From the IMG/VR virus record IMGVR_UViG_3300046660_000219, positions 62,001-126,000 of that record: a DNA stretch of 64,000 nucleotides. One strand, 5' to 3'. Position numbers and translations under genes: made by a program. The notes under the pieces were generated by a model. The model made no database searches. It was not told the DNA's origin and was given only the letters and a program-made list of their open reading frames with translations. This document shows, in pieces, positions 28,785 through 38,080 of the stretch. Within the stretch, counting starts at the first letter, position 1; the number at the start of each line of letters is the position of its first letter.

Positions 28785-29729
28785 ATGTTCACTGAACAGC
28801 AACGCACGACTATCCAGTCGATCATTCAGATTTTTGAGACTGGCGGCTTATCTAAAAAAGGGTATGGCATCATCACCAACCTGCGTGATGATCGCGGCGG
28901 TCTTACCTATGGTAAGCATCAAGCCTCGCTCAATTCCGGTTCGCTCTTTGGGATGCTGAAAGGGTATAGCGAGAACCCGCAAGCCCAGTACGGGCGCGCT
29001 TTCCTGCCTTATCTGCAACGACTAGCCAACGCTGACGCTTCGCTGTCTACCGACCAAGCATTCATGCAACTGTTACGCAACGCCGGTATCGATCCTATCA
29101 TGGCGTACGAGCAAGATAAGTTCTTTGCACAACGGTATTTTCAACCGGCCGAAGCTTGGTTGGCGTCGCGTGGCTACGTGCACGCGCTGACGTTGGCTAT
29201 CGTTTACGACAGCTTCATTCACGGGTCGTTCAAGCGGATCAACGCGAATATTCCGCTAGGTTCCGAGAACATGTGGGCTTACAATTACGTCAACGCTCGA
29301 CGTAATTGGCTAGCCAATTCGCGCAACCCCTTGCTGCGAAACTGCGTCTATCGACCCGATACCTTTAGCTCGATGATCAAAGCCAATCGCTGGGATCTTG
29401 AGCTGCCGCTGACGATCCGTGGCGTTACGATCCGTGCTGGGCTAGATACGGTAGCACCAGTACCTAACCCGTCTGTTCTTTTCAACAACGTTTCAGCGCA
29501 ACCGCTGTTGCGGCAAGGCATGCGCGATCCCGCGCCCGGCGGCGACGTCAGCTATCTACAAGACTTGCTGAACAAGAACGGTTATCCGATCCATATCGAT
29601 GGTGACTACGGTCAACGTACCTTTATGGCGGTCACCGCTTTCCAAGGCTCGCATGGTCTCACGGCTGATGGTATTGTTGGGCCGCGCACTTGGGATGTCC
29701 TTGACGACATCCTCCCGCGACATGCATAA
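28785..29729 (+). CDS. Endolysin, GH46 chitosanase-like catalytic domain plus C-terminal peptidoglycan-binding domain
   Basis: IFETG...DDRGGLTYG; C-terminal LRQG...VSYLQDLL...DGDYG...FQ...GLTADGIVGPRTW. Confidence 0.85.
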   Translation: MFTEQQRTTIQSIIQIFETGGLSKKGYGIITNLRDDRGGLTYGKHQASLNSGSLFGMLKGYSENPQAQYGRAFLPYLQRLANADASLSTDQAFMQLLRNAGIDPIMAYEQDKFFAQRYFQPAEAWLASRGYVHALTLAIVYDSFIHGSFKRINANIPLGSENMWAYNYVNARRNWLANSRNPLLRNCVYRPDTFSSMIKANRWDLELPLTIRGVTIRAGLDTVAPVPNPSVLFNNVSAQPLLRQGMRDPAPGGDVSYLQDLLNKNGYPIHIDGDYGQRTFMAVTAFQGSHGLTADGIVGPRTWDVLDDILPRHA

Positions 29730-29794
29730 CAGTAGAGATAACAACTTTTGCCCCGTTGGGCACCCTAAGCACAGGTCAGAAGTTACAGGCTCGC

Positions 29795-29828
29795 TAGACG
29801 TACGCAAACACTCATTTGCGTACGTCTA
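29795..29828. other. Perfect 14-bp hairpin between endolysin and holin-like gene
   Basis: tagacgtacgcaaa-cactca-tttgcgtacgtcta. Confidence 0.75.
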
Positions 29829-29870
29829 CGGCTAAAACAACTCACATATTTTCGAAGTAGGGGTGGGCCT

Positions 29871-30503
29871 ATGGCCGAAGCTGCAATCCGTGAAGTGCTA
29901 GATCGTGATAGCAATGGCGACGGTGTGCCGGATATTTTCGACAAGCTTTTGAGTACGGACGCGTTTGGTCAGGGAAAAGATAACTGGCGCAACCGCCGCA
30001 TCCTATTCGTGGTCTTCATCATCGTCATGATGCTTATTGTTTTTTCGATCGGCATGGCCTGGGTTATTTGTGCGTTAGCTGGTATCAAGTTGGACAACAA
30101 CACGGCTGATCTTGGCGCAGCCATTTTCTGGGGTGCTAGCATTAATGCTACGGGCGCACTTGGCACTTACGCCGGGGTGGCGACCTGGGATCATGCGTCG
30201 CAGCGCCGAGCCATGACCACGGCGGCCGACAAGCTAAGCACCAGGGCCTCTCAACCAGCGCCCGGCGCTGGGTACCCGCCGCCAAACAATCCTACCCCGT
30301 ACGGGCCGGAAAATGGCCCGTACGTAGATCCTTATCCCGGTGGTGCACCCTACCAGTTCAACACGGCGGCTCCCGTGAGCCCGACGTACCCGCCGCCGTC
30401 CACGTCGGCCGCTCCGCGCGATGTCATACAGCCACCGTTGCCTGGACTACCTGTGCCTCCTACAGTTACAGGTGTTGCCGGTGATCCGCCCGGCGGGTTC
30501 TAG
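29871..30503 (+). CDS. Holin-like two-TM membrane protein
   Basis: Two hydrophobic segments, Pro-rich C-terminus, follows endolysin. Confidence 0.55.
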   Translation: MAEAAIREVLDRDSNGDGVPDIFDKLLSTDAFGQGKDNWRNRRILFVVFIIVMMLIVFSIGMAWVICALAGIKLDNNTADLGAAIFWGASINATGALGTYAGVATWDHASQRRAMTTAADKLSTRASQPAPGAGYPPPNNPTPYGPENGPYVDPYPGGAPYQFNTAAPVSPTYPPPSTSAAPRDVIQPPLPGLPVPPTVTGVAGDPPGGF

Positions 30504-30534
30504 TTACTATTATTTGTCAATGTACCGACCAAAG

Positions 30535-30570
30535 AAAAAAGGCCCCAGCGGGAAATCGCTGGGGCCTTTT
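30535..30570. terminator. Bidirectional terminator at convergence of the two gene blocks
   Basis: aaaaaaggccccagcg-ggaaat-cgctggggcctttt. Confidence 0.9.
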
Positions 30571-30590
30571 GTCGTTTCGACGTCTGTATG

Positions 30591-31262
30591 TTAGACGCGC
30601 GGATTCAGACTCTTGCAGTGAGAAATACTAGTGTCTGTGAGCGCAGCGAACTCGCGGATCATTTCGTGAGTGTCACCAGTTGTCGTTTCCATCTCCACGA
30701 TCAGGTAGCTACCTGCACCGTGAAGCTCCGACCGCAGCGAGACGTTCTTGTACGTGTACGGCATGTTTATACCTTTACCGTAACCAACGGACACGTCTGT
30801 ATCCGGTTCTTTCATTTTAGCCTTATTGTCGTACATCCATTGCTCAAAACGATGCGCAACATGCAGCACGGCCATAGCGTGTGTTTTATTTCGCAGACAA
30901 TCACGGTAGCCCAAAATGCCCGTCACGGTATGGTTGTCGCGTGCACGGAAAAGGAAGATCGGCTCGTCTAGTGGGATTACATCACCGCTAGCACGATTGA
31001 CAACACGACCCCTCTCGAAACGGTATTTGGTATCTTGTTGCGCTACCGCAGCTTCACGCTCTTCCGCGTCTCTTCGGTTATTGGCCGTGTCGTACCCAGC
31101 CATGATCGCGTTGGCGAACCAACCTTGTACTGTTTCGCGATCATTCCAGCCACCGTTACCCAAGATTTGATAGAAGGCATCGGTCCATTTCACGGCGTCG
31201 ATACCGACAGCTTGGGCAAAGTCGCCGGCTGTCATCGAGCGGTAGTCAGTTTGGTTCTTCAT
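30591..31262 (-). CDS. Hypothetical protein (modular)
   Basis: SD aaaggta; GWFANAIMAG and DEPIFLFRARD segments recur in phage small proteins. Confidence 0.7.
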   Translation of the reverse strand: MKNQTDYRSMTAGDFAQAVGIDAVKWTDAFYQILGNGGWNDRETVQGWFANAIMAGYDTANNRRDAEEREAAVAQQDTKYRFERGRVVNRASGDVIPLDEPIFLFRARDNHTVTGILGYRDCLRNKTHAMAVLHVAHRFEQWMYDNKAKMKEPDTDVSVGYGKGINMPYTYKNVSLRSELHGAGSYLIVEMETTTGDTHEMIREFAALTDTSISHCKSLNPRV

Positions 31263-31268
31263 GTTCTC

Positions 31269-31712
31269 TTACCTTTGTGTTAGCGTCGCCTTCATGGCGC
31301 GATCGTACAGAACGACGTTGACCGTCGCGGCTAGGTTCATACAGCCGTTGGTAGGGATAAACACCCGATGCACACAGCGATCCATGTGGCGCTTACCTAG
31401 CGTCCCGTCCTCTGGACCGAAAATGTAGAACGCGTGCTCCGGATGCGCGAACGCAAACAACGACGTTGCATCAGCCACCAAATCTACTGCAACAGGAATA
31501 GTACCGACAGGATGAGCGGTGAACAAATCATCGACCATAACTGTAGGCACGCGTCTGTACGCGTGCTCAGTGTCCGTGGCATTGTTAGCGACCTCGCCGT
31601 GTGCTCGCGATTTCTCGATGGCCACTATATCGGCGTCGTAACATCCGGCAGCGCGCAACACACTACCAATATTCTCACGAGACTTTGGACGCACTAGGCC
31701 GATTGCAATCAT
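31269..31712 (-). CDS. SpoU/TrmH-family RNA 2'-O-methyltransferase
   Basis: PKSRENIGSVLRAA, FGPEDG, CMNLAATVNVVLYDR; ATGA overlap start 31712. Confidence 0.9.
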   Translation of the reverse strand: MIAIGLVRPKSRENIGSVLRAAGCYDADIVAIEKSRAHGEVANNATDTEHAYRRVPTVMVDDLFTAHPVGTIPVAVDLVADATSLFAFAHPEHAFYIFGPEDGTLGKRHMDRCVHRVFIPTNGCMNLAATVNVVLYDRAMKATLTQR

Positions 31713-31969
31713 GGTGCTCTCGTCTCCGCATGATCCGTCAAATCTACTTCGCGTAGGTGCTCCAGACGGTTCCAATCCCGCCGCAATTTCACCAATTGCT
31801 TGTGGATGCGTGCGTACTGTTTCTTGGCTTTAAGTGTACTGGCATGTGGCAAGGTCGCGTGCAAAGCTTCCGCCGCTCTCCGCATGGACACTTGCGCCTG
31901 TTTGTACTCCTCTAAGAAGATGTTGCTGGGCAGCTCTCCGGCCTCTTTGACGTTGCAGACGATGCACAT
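31709..31969 (-). CDS. Hypothetical protein
   Basis: SD aaaggta directly before MCIVC; helical. Confidence 0.65.
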   Translation of the reverse strand: MCIVCNVKEAGELPSNIFLEEYKQAQVSMRRAAEALHATLPHASTLKAKKQYARIHKQLVKLRRDWNRLEHLREVDLTDHAETRAP

Positions 31970-31974
31970 TACCT

Positions 31975-32664
31975 TTATCTTTTCTTTCCGTTGAAGATGC
32001 GCTGAAGCGCAGTTGCTATGTTGGGATAGACCTTGTCCCACCACGTCGTGCGTTTTGCGCTGTAGCGAAGCGCCAACCAACGCCGTATTGCTTCATGATG
32101 CTGATGTCTGCGCCAGCGTCCCCATGGTCCGAAATAGGTATAACTTTGGTTCAAGCCGGGCTCATACATATAAGGTGTGCCATAACGCATAGCAAAGGTG
32201 CCGTGACGTTGCAAAGCGCGGACGTGCTCGGTAGTTAAAACGCCTGACGGCATTGCTGGCTCTCCAAAATACTTACGGTATAATTCGTTCTCCATTTCGA
32301 TCATACGTTTGCCTAAAATCTTGGTCACGAAGTCAGCCATTTCATCAGAGATGGCGTCGCCGTAGATGTTAGGCGCTGACCAATAGTAACGTATGTCTTC
32401 TATGGGTGTTATGGTTTCTCTTACTTCTCGATACAGTGTATCAATTCGATTTGAAAGTCCTGCTGGTGCTGAAATAGTAAAAAGCTTGTTCTTTTGCTGT
32501 TCGGTAAGCAGACGACGAAATGCACCCTGTCTTTGTACCTTTTCCCAAACAGTTGGGTGATGCTGTAGACTCAACTGAGAGAAGCCTTCTAGGCTTTTGA
32601 CGTAGGCTTCCTGCGCTAGATGCTCATCTACAGAGCGCGTCGGCGGCTTCGTGTCGTCGGTCAT
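31975..32664 (-). CDS. Hypothetical protein
   Basis: Operon-like spacing, SD gagga. Confidence 0.7.
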   Translation of the reverse strand: MTDDTKPPTRSVDEHLAQEAYVKSLEGFSQLSLQHHPTVWEKVQRQGAFRRLLTEQQKNKLFTISAPAGLSNRIDTLYREVRETITPIEDIRYYWSAPNIYGDAISDEMADFVTKILGKRMIEMENELYRKYFGEPAMPSGVLTTEHVRALQRHGTFAMRYGTPYMYEPGLNQSYTYFGPWGRWRRHQHHEAIRRWLALRYSAKRTTWWDKVYPNIATALQRIFNGKKR

Positions 32665-32694
32665 GCGATCCTCGTAATGGTAATAGAGATCTAC

Positions 32695-33078
32695 TCAGCT
32701 TGGCCAGTAGCGTGGCTCAAGCGTGATCACTAGCAAACAACTCTTGAACGGTGACCACCCTCTTTCAGCAATTATCTTGTTGCTGTCGGCCGACGAATAG
32801 CCCGCACTTTTGTCTAGAGACCATGTGACATGAAAAACACTACCATCAGGTCGTTTCGTCGTGCCACCTATCCGGAGGATTAGCGCCTCCACACCCTTGT
32901 CGTCTGAAGCATAACCGCAAATGGTACCAGATAGCTCCGCTGGTAGCGGATGTTCTGGTCCTACTCCGAAGGTATGTGTGACGTGGTGTCCACGCACGTC
33001 CGGAAATTTCGGGATGTGCATGTGCCGACGTAGTGCAGACATCTCAACTTCGTTGAGTGCCCAGCCTGTGTAACCCAT
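32695..33078 (-). CDS. 2H phosphoesterase-superfamily protein
   Basis: Two HxT motifs (GHHVTH, FHVTWS) about 50 aa apart in 127 aa. Confidence 0.65.
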   Translation of the reverse strand: MGYTGWALNEVEMSALRRHMHIPKFPDVRGHHVTHTFGVGPEHPLPAELSGTICGYASDDKGVEALILRIGGTTKRPDGSVFHVTWSLDKSAGYSSADSNKIIAERGWSPFKSCLLVITLEPRYWPS

Positions 33079-33138
33079 GTGATCACCCCCGTAAAATAGT
33101 AAACGGGGTGCCCCGCTAAGGACACCCCGTCGAATTGT

Positions 33139-34002
33139 TTAGCTGAAGTAGCCGTGCTGGGCCAGATAGACGATGACGCAAACGACAGCCGCCACAGCAA
33201 ACAGTACTGCACCGACACGCGCCGCGCTGTTCGTTTGCTTCTTAAGAACACTAGATTCGTCTCGAACCAGCAGTCTATAGTCTTCGGACGGTACCTTTTC
33301 TTTCAGTGCGGCATACGACGTGCCGTGTACGGTCGATCCAGCTTCTTGCGTGGTGTTAATAGTAGATGCCTCACAGAGGGGCGTCGGCTCTACGGGTGGA
33401 TGGTACAGGTTTGTGAAGAAATCCAACAAAGTAGTGAATTCCATCTCTAGAGTAAGCTGGAAAGCGGCTTTGAACTTGTGGAAATCCCAATCTCCCGGCC
33501 GATCCGCTTGTGTCAATCGTACCATTGCCGCGAACGCGTCGTACAGTTCTTCTGTTTGTTCCGCTAGGTATGAGCGTTGGTTTTTCAACCACAATAGAGC
33601 ATCGACCAATGAAATATTAGCAGCATGGTAACCAGTGGACTGAAGAATAGAGTCGATCAACAGATAGTTACGATCGTTACTCTTACGCTCGCCAACCATG
33701 CGCAGCGTCGTGGTGGCGGATTGCTTGTCGAGTTTTTCGAGCAGCGTAGTATTGCCAGCCAGCGTGAGATATTCTCTCGCCAGACTGAGCGTTTGCATGT
33801 CAGCGTTGTTTTCTTGCTTACGCACCAAACTGCGCCGCGCCCACGCGAAGGTGATGATGAGAATCACCCGCTCCAGTGAAGAGAACTGCACCTTGCGGCG
33901 CGTCTCGTTTTCCGTGTACGTACCTACATTGATTAGCAGGCTATTGAAAAGATCCGGGTTAGCCATGTTAGTGTTTCCTGTTTTTGCGTGGTTTCCTGCC
34001 AC
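33139..34002 (-). CDS. Hypothetical protein with C-terminal TM anchor
   Basis: VGAVLFAVAAVVCVIVYL at C-terminus. Confidence 0.7.
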   Translation of the reverse strand: MAGNHAKTGNTNMANPDLFNSLLINVGTYTENETRRKVQFSSLERVILIITFAWARRSLVRKQENNADMQTLSLAREYLTLAGNTTLLEKLDKQSATTTLRMVGERKSNDRNYLLIDSILQSTGYHAANISLVDALLWLKNQRSYLAEQTEELYDAFAAMVRLTQADRPGDWDFHKFKAAFQLTLEMEFTTLLDFFTNLYHPPVEPTPLCEASTINTTQEAGSTVHGTSYAALKEKVPSEDYRLLVRDESSVLKKQTNSAARVGAVLFAVAAVVCVIVYLAQHGYFS

Positions 34003-34029
34003 GACGTTGATGCGTTGTAAGCTTACTGT

Positions 34030-34737
34030 TTATACGATGACTTCGATTATCTCGATCGGTCCGCCACCAGCGTCGCGATCAAAGACGCCAATGCACAGGC
34101 GATCATACAGATACGCGCCTACGTCGAGGCCTGTAGAGTGCTTGCGCAGGTTCGGCTCTTCGTGAATGGTATGGCCGTAGACGATGTGCTTACCGAAGTC
34201 ATGATCGACCTCAAGGAATTCGTCGCGGATCCACATCAGATCCCAGGCACTCTGACCAGACACACCCGGCCGACTGCGATTAGGATTCATGCCTGCGTGT
34301 ACAAAGGTATGGTGTTCGAAGTCGGCGGCTTCCGGTAGATTGTAAATCCACTCTTGGTGTGAAGCAGGGACCGCCCTACGTACCTTTTCATTGAAGAACG
34401 CACTGTTCGCAGGCAACAGATCCTCTTCTGTGAGGCCGTACGAAATTAGCGTCTCCTTGCCGCCCCAAGTCAGCCAATGCTCTGTACGCAGCTTCTCGAT
34501 ACCACGGAACGCTGCCATCAAGCACCACTCGTGGTTCCCCATGATGGCGTGGGCGCGCTCGTTACCTTTAGTGAAGTTGACCAACCGTTCGATCACTTCC
34601 TTGGAGTGCGGACCACGGTCAATGTAGTCACCCAGGAAAACGATCTCCCCATCCATGTGCTCAACGCGCTCTAGCGCGGCGTTCAGGATGTCAAGCCTGC
34701 CGTGGATATCCGGGATGGCGATGATGCGGTTAGTCAT
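34030..34737 (-). CDS. Metallophosphoesterase (NinI-like Ser/Thr phosphatase)
   Basis: DIHG, GDYIDRG, GNHE, FVHAG motifs. Confidence 0.92.
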   Translation of the reverse strand: MTNRIIAIPDIHGRLDILNAALERVEHMDGEIVFLGDYIDRGPHSKEVIERLVNFTKGNERAHAIMGNHEWCLMAAFRGIEKLRTEHWLTWGGKETLISYGLTEEDLLPANSAFFNEKVRRAVPASHQEWIYNLPEAADFEHHTFVHAGMNPNRSRPGVSGQSAWDLMWIRDEFLEVDHDFGKHIVYGHTIHEEPNLRKHSTGLDVGAYLYDRLCIGVFDRDAGGGPIEIIEVIV

Positions 34738-34753
34738 TGTACTATTTCCTGTG

Positions 34754-34894
34754 TCAGTGTGGTAGCAAGCTCCCGGCCACTATGGGGTCGCTGAAGAAAA
34801 CGTAGATGAGATAGACAAAGGCGGCTGCGTCCAGCACTAGAAACAGCTTGAATGGCAACGGCCAATCGTTTGCTTTCTTGCGTCTTGTCTTCAT
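34754..34894 (-). CDS. Small membrane peptide (46 aa, below ORF-track cutoff)
   Basis: ATGA overlap; MKTRRKK followed by LFLVLDAAAFVYLIYVFF. Confidence 0.6.
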   Translation of the reverse strand: MKTRRKKANDWPLPFKLFLVLDAAAFVYLIYVFFSDPIVAGSLLPH

Positions 34895-35274
34895 GGCGCG
34901 ACGTCCTGTTGTGTGTGCGGCTTTTCGCAATCTTGCACACCAAGCTGCATGACCAAATTGATGATCAATTCAGCGGCTGCATTGTGATTCGACTGCGCAG
35001 CACGCAGAATGGTTTTGATTTGGAACATGAATTCCAGGCGAGCGGCTGGCGTGAAGGCAGCAATTGGACGCGGCGTGTAATCGGTTGTAACAGGGAAACT
35101 GGTTCGCTTCGCGTATAATTGTACTATTTCGATGAGGCGATCAATGCGCTCATTAAGCTCGTATCGCCCCTTGCGGTCAAATGATCCCTCCCCACATGAA
35201 CCACTACTATTATCTTTCAAGCTACGCAGCCAGCGCATGTCTTCTTGCGGAGTCGCCGTGGTAAGAGCAACCAT
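34891..35274 (-). CDS. Hypothetical protein
   Basis: Tiled in operon. Confidence 0.6.
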   Translation of the reverse strand: MVALTTATPQEDMRWLRSLKDNSSGSCGEGSFDRKGRYELNERIDRLIEIVQLYAKRTSFPVTTDYTPRPIAAFTPAARLEFMFQIKTILRAAQSNHNAAAELIINLVMQLGVQDCEKPHTQQDVAP

Positions 35275-35286
35275 GGTGGTTCTTCC

Positions 35287-35928
35287 CTAAGTCAGCTTGA
35301 CGTTATAGTCGTTGAACACGTCCATGAGATCGCGAGCAAATCTGGCTTGGCTCTCCACGTCGAGATTGTCGCGCAGCAAGACTACGCCGCTTGCGTTATG
35401 TGCGTCTCCAATCTCGATCGCTTCTCGGCACAGCGCGGTGAAATCGAAGGCGTCCAAAAAGAAGCCCTCATCAGCGGCTCTGTCAGCACCTACCTTTTCT
35501 AACTGGCGCACCAAGCGTACGAAATGCGAGTACGGGACGGCTTCACCGTCTACCGCTAGCTGGACACTAATGGTACGTTCAGCCGGGCGTCGCCGCGCCT
35601 CGACATGATAATCGCGCACGACCACATCAATTCGTCCTGGTTTAACCGTGGGCGTATTGGTCGCGCTAATCAGGCGCTCCGCAGCTTGCTTGGCTAGTAC
35701 GTCGCTCACGTATTCAGAGAACCGTCCAGCTTTGATTCGCAAGTTAGTTGGGACGCTTTTGACGAAGCTGTCGTAGTAGCCCTGCATGGCCAGACGGGTA
35801 TCAATACCATTGCCTGGGTGTAGTGCGTCAAACAACTGCCATAGTGCAGATGAAAGGGTAACGTGCACTACCTGATCGTTGATCGTGAAGCGACGAAATG
35901 CAGGACTTGAAATCACACCAACGCCCAT
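35287..35928 (-). CDS. Hypothetical protein, weak ribbon-helix-helix-like N-terminus
   Basis: RRFTIND...VTLSSALWQLF resembles RHH_4 pattern (weak). Confidence 0.55.
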   Translation of the reverse strand: MGVGVISSPAFRRFTINDQVVHVTLSSALWQLFDALHPGNGIDTRLAMQGYYDSFVKSVPTNLRIKAGRFSEYVSDVLAKQAAERLISATNTPTVKPGRIDVVVRDYHVEARRRPAERTISVQLAVDGEAVPYSHFVRLVRQLEKVGADRAADEGFFLDAFDFTALCREAIEIGDAHNASGVVLLRDNLDVESQARFARDLMDVFNDYNVKLT

Positions 35929-35945
35929 GGCTCTTTCCCCTTGAG

Positions 35946-36236
35946 TTATTCCGCGATGCGCCGTACGGCGAACAGGCGGTATTCGTGAAAGTCGATTTGG
36001 TATTGCGCCTCGCCGACCGTAACCAGAAGGCGTCGCAAGTTAGTGATAGTCAAATCGTTCGTGTACTTGCGATCCTTAAGACGACGCTGAATCTGTCGAG
36101 TTACTTCACGACGATGCGGCGTACCTTTATCCAGTGACGGATGATTGTTGGTGGCCTTACGTAGGCGATGCATAGCGTCACTGACCGCGTCGTCGATGGT
36201 GTTGGTAGCGATACGGTCGTCAAGCATGTGTTCCAT
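35946..36236 (-). CDS. Hypothetical protein
   Basis: SD aaaggta. Confidence 0.65.
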   Translation of the reverse strand: MEHMLDDRIATNTIDDAVSDAMHRLRKATNNHPSLDKGTPHRREVTRQIQRRLKDRKYTNDLTITNLRRLLVTVGEAQYQIDFHEYRLFAVRRIAE

Positions 36237-36255
36237 AGTCTCGTCTTTACCTTTC

Positions 36256-36612
36256 TTAGCTGCGCTCGTCTTGTAGCAGCTTGATCAAGTTCTTGATGTC
36301 GGCCTTGAGTTCTTCTTGCTCTTGATGCGTGAACTCGTTTGCATCCTTGATGCCGCGAGAACAGATCTGCCCGATGATCAATGGCAGGATTAATAGTAGT
36401 GTGACGTGCATCAACACCACGCCAATAATTCTGCCTGGCAGTGTCACCGGGTACATGTCACCATAGCCAACAATGGTGGCTGTTACGCAGGCCCACCACA
36501 GGCTGTCGAGAAAAGGTTTTCCCTCGAAGTGCGCGAACATGGCTGCGCTAACGATCAGAAGCACGAGGTAGTAGAATAGTAACTCTTTGATGGTGTCGAA
36601 GTACTTGTGCAT
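36256..36612 (-). CDS. Minimal two-TM potassium channel
   Basis: [26 protein letters not shown] between two TM helices; C-terminal coiled coil. Confidence 0.92.
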   Translation of the reverse strand: MHKYFDTIKELLFYYLVLLIVSAAMFAHFEGKPFLDSLWWACVTATIVGYGDMYPVTLPGRIIGVVLMHVTLLLILPLIIGQICSRGIKDANEFTHQEQEELKADIKNLIKLLQDERS

Positions 36613-36624
36613 TGGTTGTGCTCT

Positions 36625-37038
36625 CTACTTCAGGAACCACTCGAACCAACGGGTGCGTGGCCTGCTGATCTGCTTAGCCACTTCTGAAGCTTTGAGCGTC
36701 TTACCAATACCGTAGGGCGCGATACACGCGTCACCAATGGCCTTGGCTAGCGCTGTGGCTGGGTGGCCTGCGCACATGGTATGGCTCGATAGAATAGATG
36801 CGACATGATCGCCCGAGCACACGATAACGATACGTGCTGCCGCGTTAGTTGGTTCCCAACGATCGACGACCTTGTGTTGTTTAACCAAGGCACGCACGTC
36901 CACTACCATTTCACCGAACTCATCACCCTCCGGAGCTTGTAGCGTCATATAGTCGCCTGTGCTCTCGATGACAGTCCAGCCTAGAGCAATCCGCTCTAGT
37001 ATTTCGGTGGCGTGATATTCAGCATACTCGGCGTTCAT
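36625..37038 (-). CDS. Hypothetical protein
   Basis: Tiled in operon. Confidence 0.65.
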   Translation of the reverse strand: MNAEYAEYHATEILERIALGWTVIESTGDYMTLQAPEGDEFGEMVVDVRALVKQHKVVDRWEPTNAAARIVIVCSGDHVASILSSHTMCAGHPATALAKAIGDACIAPYGIGKTLKASEVAKQISRPRTRWFEWFLK

Positions 37039-37041
37039 GCT

Positions 37042-37377
37042 TTAATCCTCCGCCTTGGGTGCGCTGCCCCAAATCACCGACATCTTCATACCGTTTTGCA
37101 GCACGTGCACGGAGGGCCGACCTGGATTTGCACGTGCTTTCGCTATCATTTGAGCGACGTCGTTTTGCTCTGCACGCTTGTTGAAGTACGTCAGAACGCC
37201 GCTAGTAAAGAAGCCGCTAAGCATCAACCCGATTGCTACCCAGCTTTTCCACGTGCGCCCGCCATCAGCTCCTACAATGTAGGAGGCTAACACCCACGTG
37301 TATACGTCTAAACGTGTAGAGTACGACTGTACCAACCACCGGGAAATCTTTCCGCAGATGCTAGTTACTTTTTTCAT
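37042..37377 (-). CDS. Hypothetical membrane protein
   Basis: Hydrophobic WVAIGLMLSGFFTSGVL. Confidence 0.6.
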   Translation of the reverse strand: MKKVTSICGKISRWLVQSYSTRLDVYTWVLASYIVGADGGRTWKSWVAIGLMLSGFFTSGVLTYFNKRAEQNDVAQMIAKARANPGRPSVHVLQNGMKMSVIWGSAPKAED

Positions 37378-37652
37378 GGTGTAGTACCCCTCATAGTATT
37401 TGTTTCGTGTGATGGTAGCGCCAAGTTCTTTTGAATGGCCTCGGCGATATGCTCGACAGTGTAGCCACGACGCATAGCGTTGGCGATAGCCGTACCCAGC
37501 TCTCTACCTTTGTTGTCGATGCGCGCCTTTTTGTCTCTCCCTTCGTAGCCCGCTCGTATGGCTACGCCCATGACACGGCCACGGCGCACGCGAACCGTGA
37601 TCACGTCATCTTCGTTCATCACGTTGTTCAGTATCACGGTTCCTGGCGTCAT
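37374..37652 (-). CDS. Hypothetical protein
   Basis: Overlapping start/stop with neighbours. Confidence 0.65.
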   Translation of the reverse strand: MTPGTVILNNVMNEDDVITVRVRRGRVMGVAIRAGYEGRDKKARIDNKGRELGTAIANAMRRGYTVEHIAEAIQKNLALPSHETNTMRGTTP

Positions 37653-37664
37653 CTACCTATTCTC

Positions 37665-38069
37665 CTAGAACAGCCCGAAACGCTTCTTCGGTTTCGGCTG
37701 CGGTTTGGTGTCCGAAACAGTAGGCTGCGTGGTAGGGGTGGGGGCGTTGACTTTATCGAGACAGTCATTCGTGACCTTGGCTCGATTTTGCCACTTGTCC
37801 TCACGACGTTTGAACGTCGAATGGTTGGCCAGGATAGCACGAAGGTCTTCCGCCGTCACCCCCGCCACAATATCCCCGACCTTGCCCGCTAGATCGGTCG
37901 GCAGGGCCTTGAACGTCCATAAGGACAGGGGTTCGACAGGCGGAGCCTCGACATGCTGACACATGGCCACGTTGAGAACCAACGGCGGCGCAGTGGGCGG
38001 GCGATTCGTCCCACACGCGGCGAGTGACGCCGATACGAAACATAGGCCTACTAAATTAGGGATGCGCAT
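37665..38069 (-). CDS. o-spanin-like lipoprotein (Rz1-like)
   Basis: Lipobox SLAAC after hydrophobic stretch; Pro-rich; SD aaaggta before ATG 38069. Confidence 0.7.
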   Translation of the reverse strand: MRIPNLVGLCFVSASLAACGTNRPPTAPPLVLNVAMCQHVEAPPVEPLSLWTFKALPTDLAGKVGDIVAGVTAEDLRAILANHSTFKRREDKWQNRAKVTNDCLDKVNAPTPTTQPTVSDTKPQPKPKKRFGLF

Positions 38070-38080
38070 GACGTATACCT

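Noticed and set aside
38051-38060. CTAATTTAG as a promoter
   Set aside because: Lies inside the o-spanin coding sequence (Pro-Asn-Leu); probably coincidental
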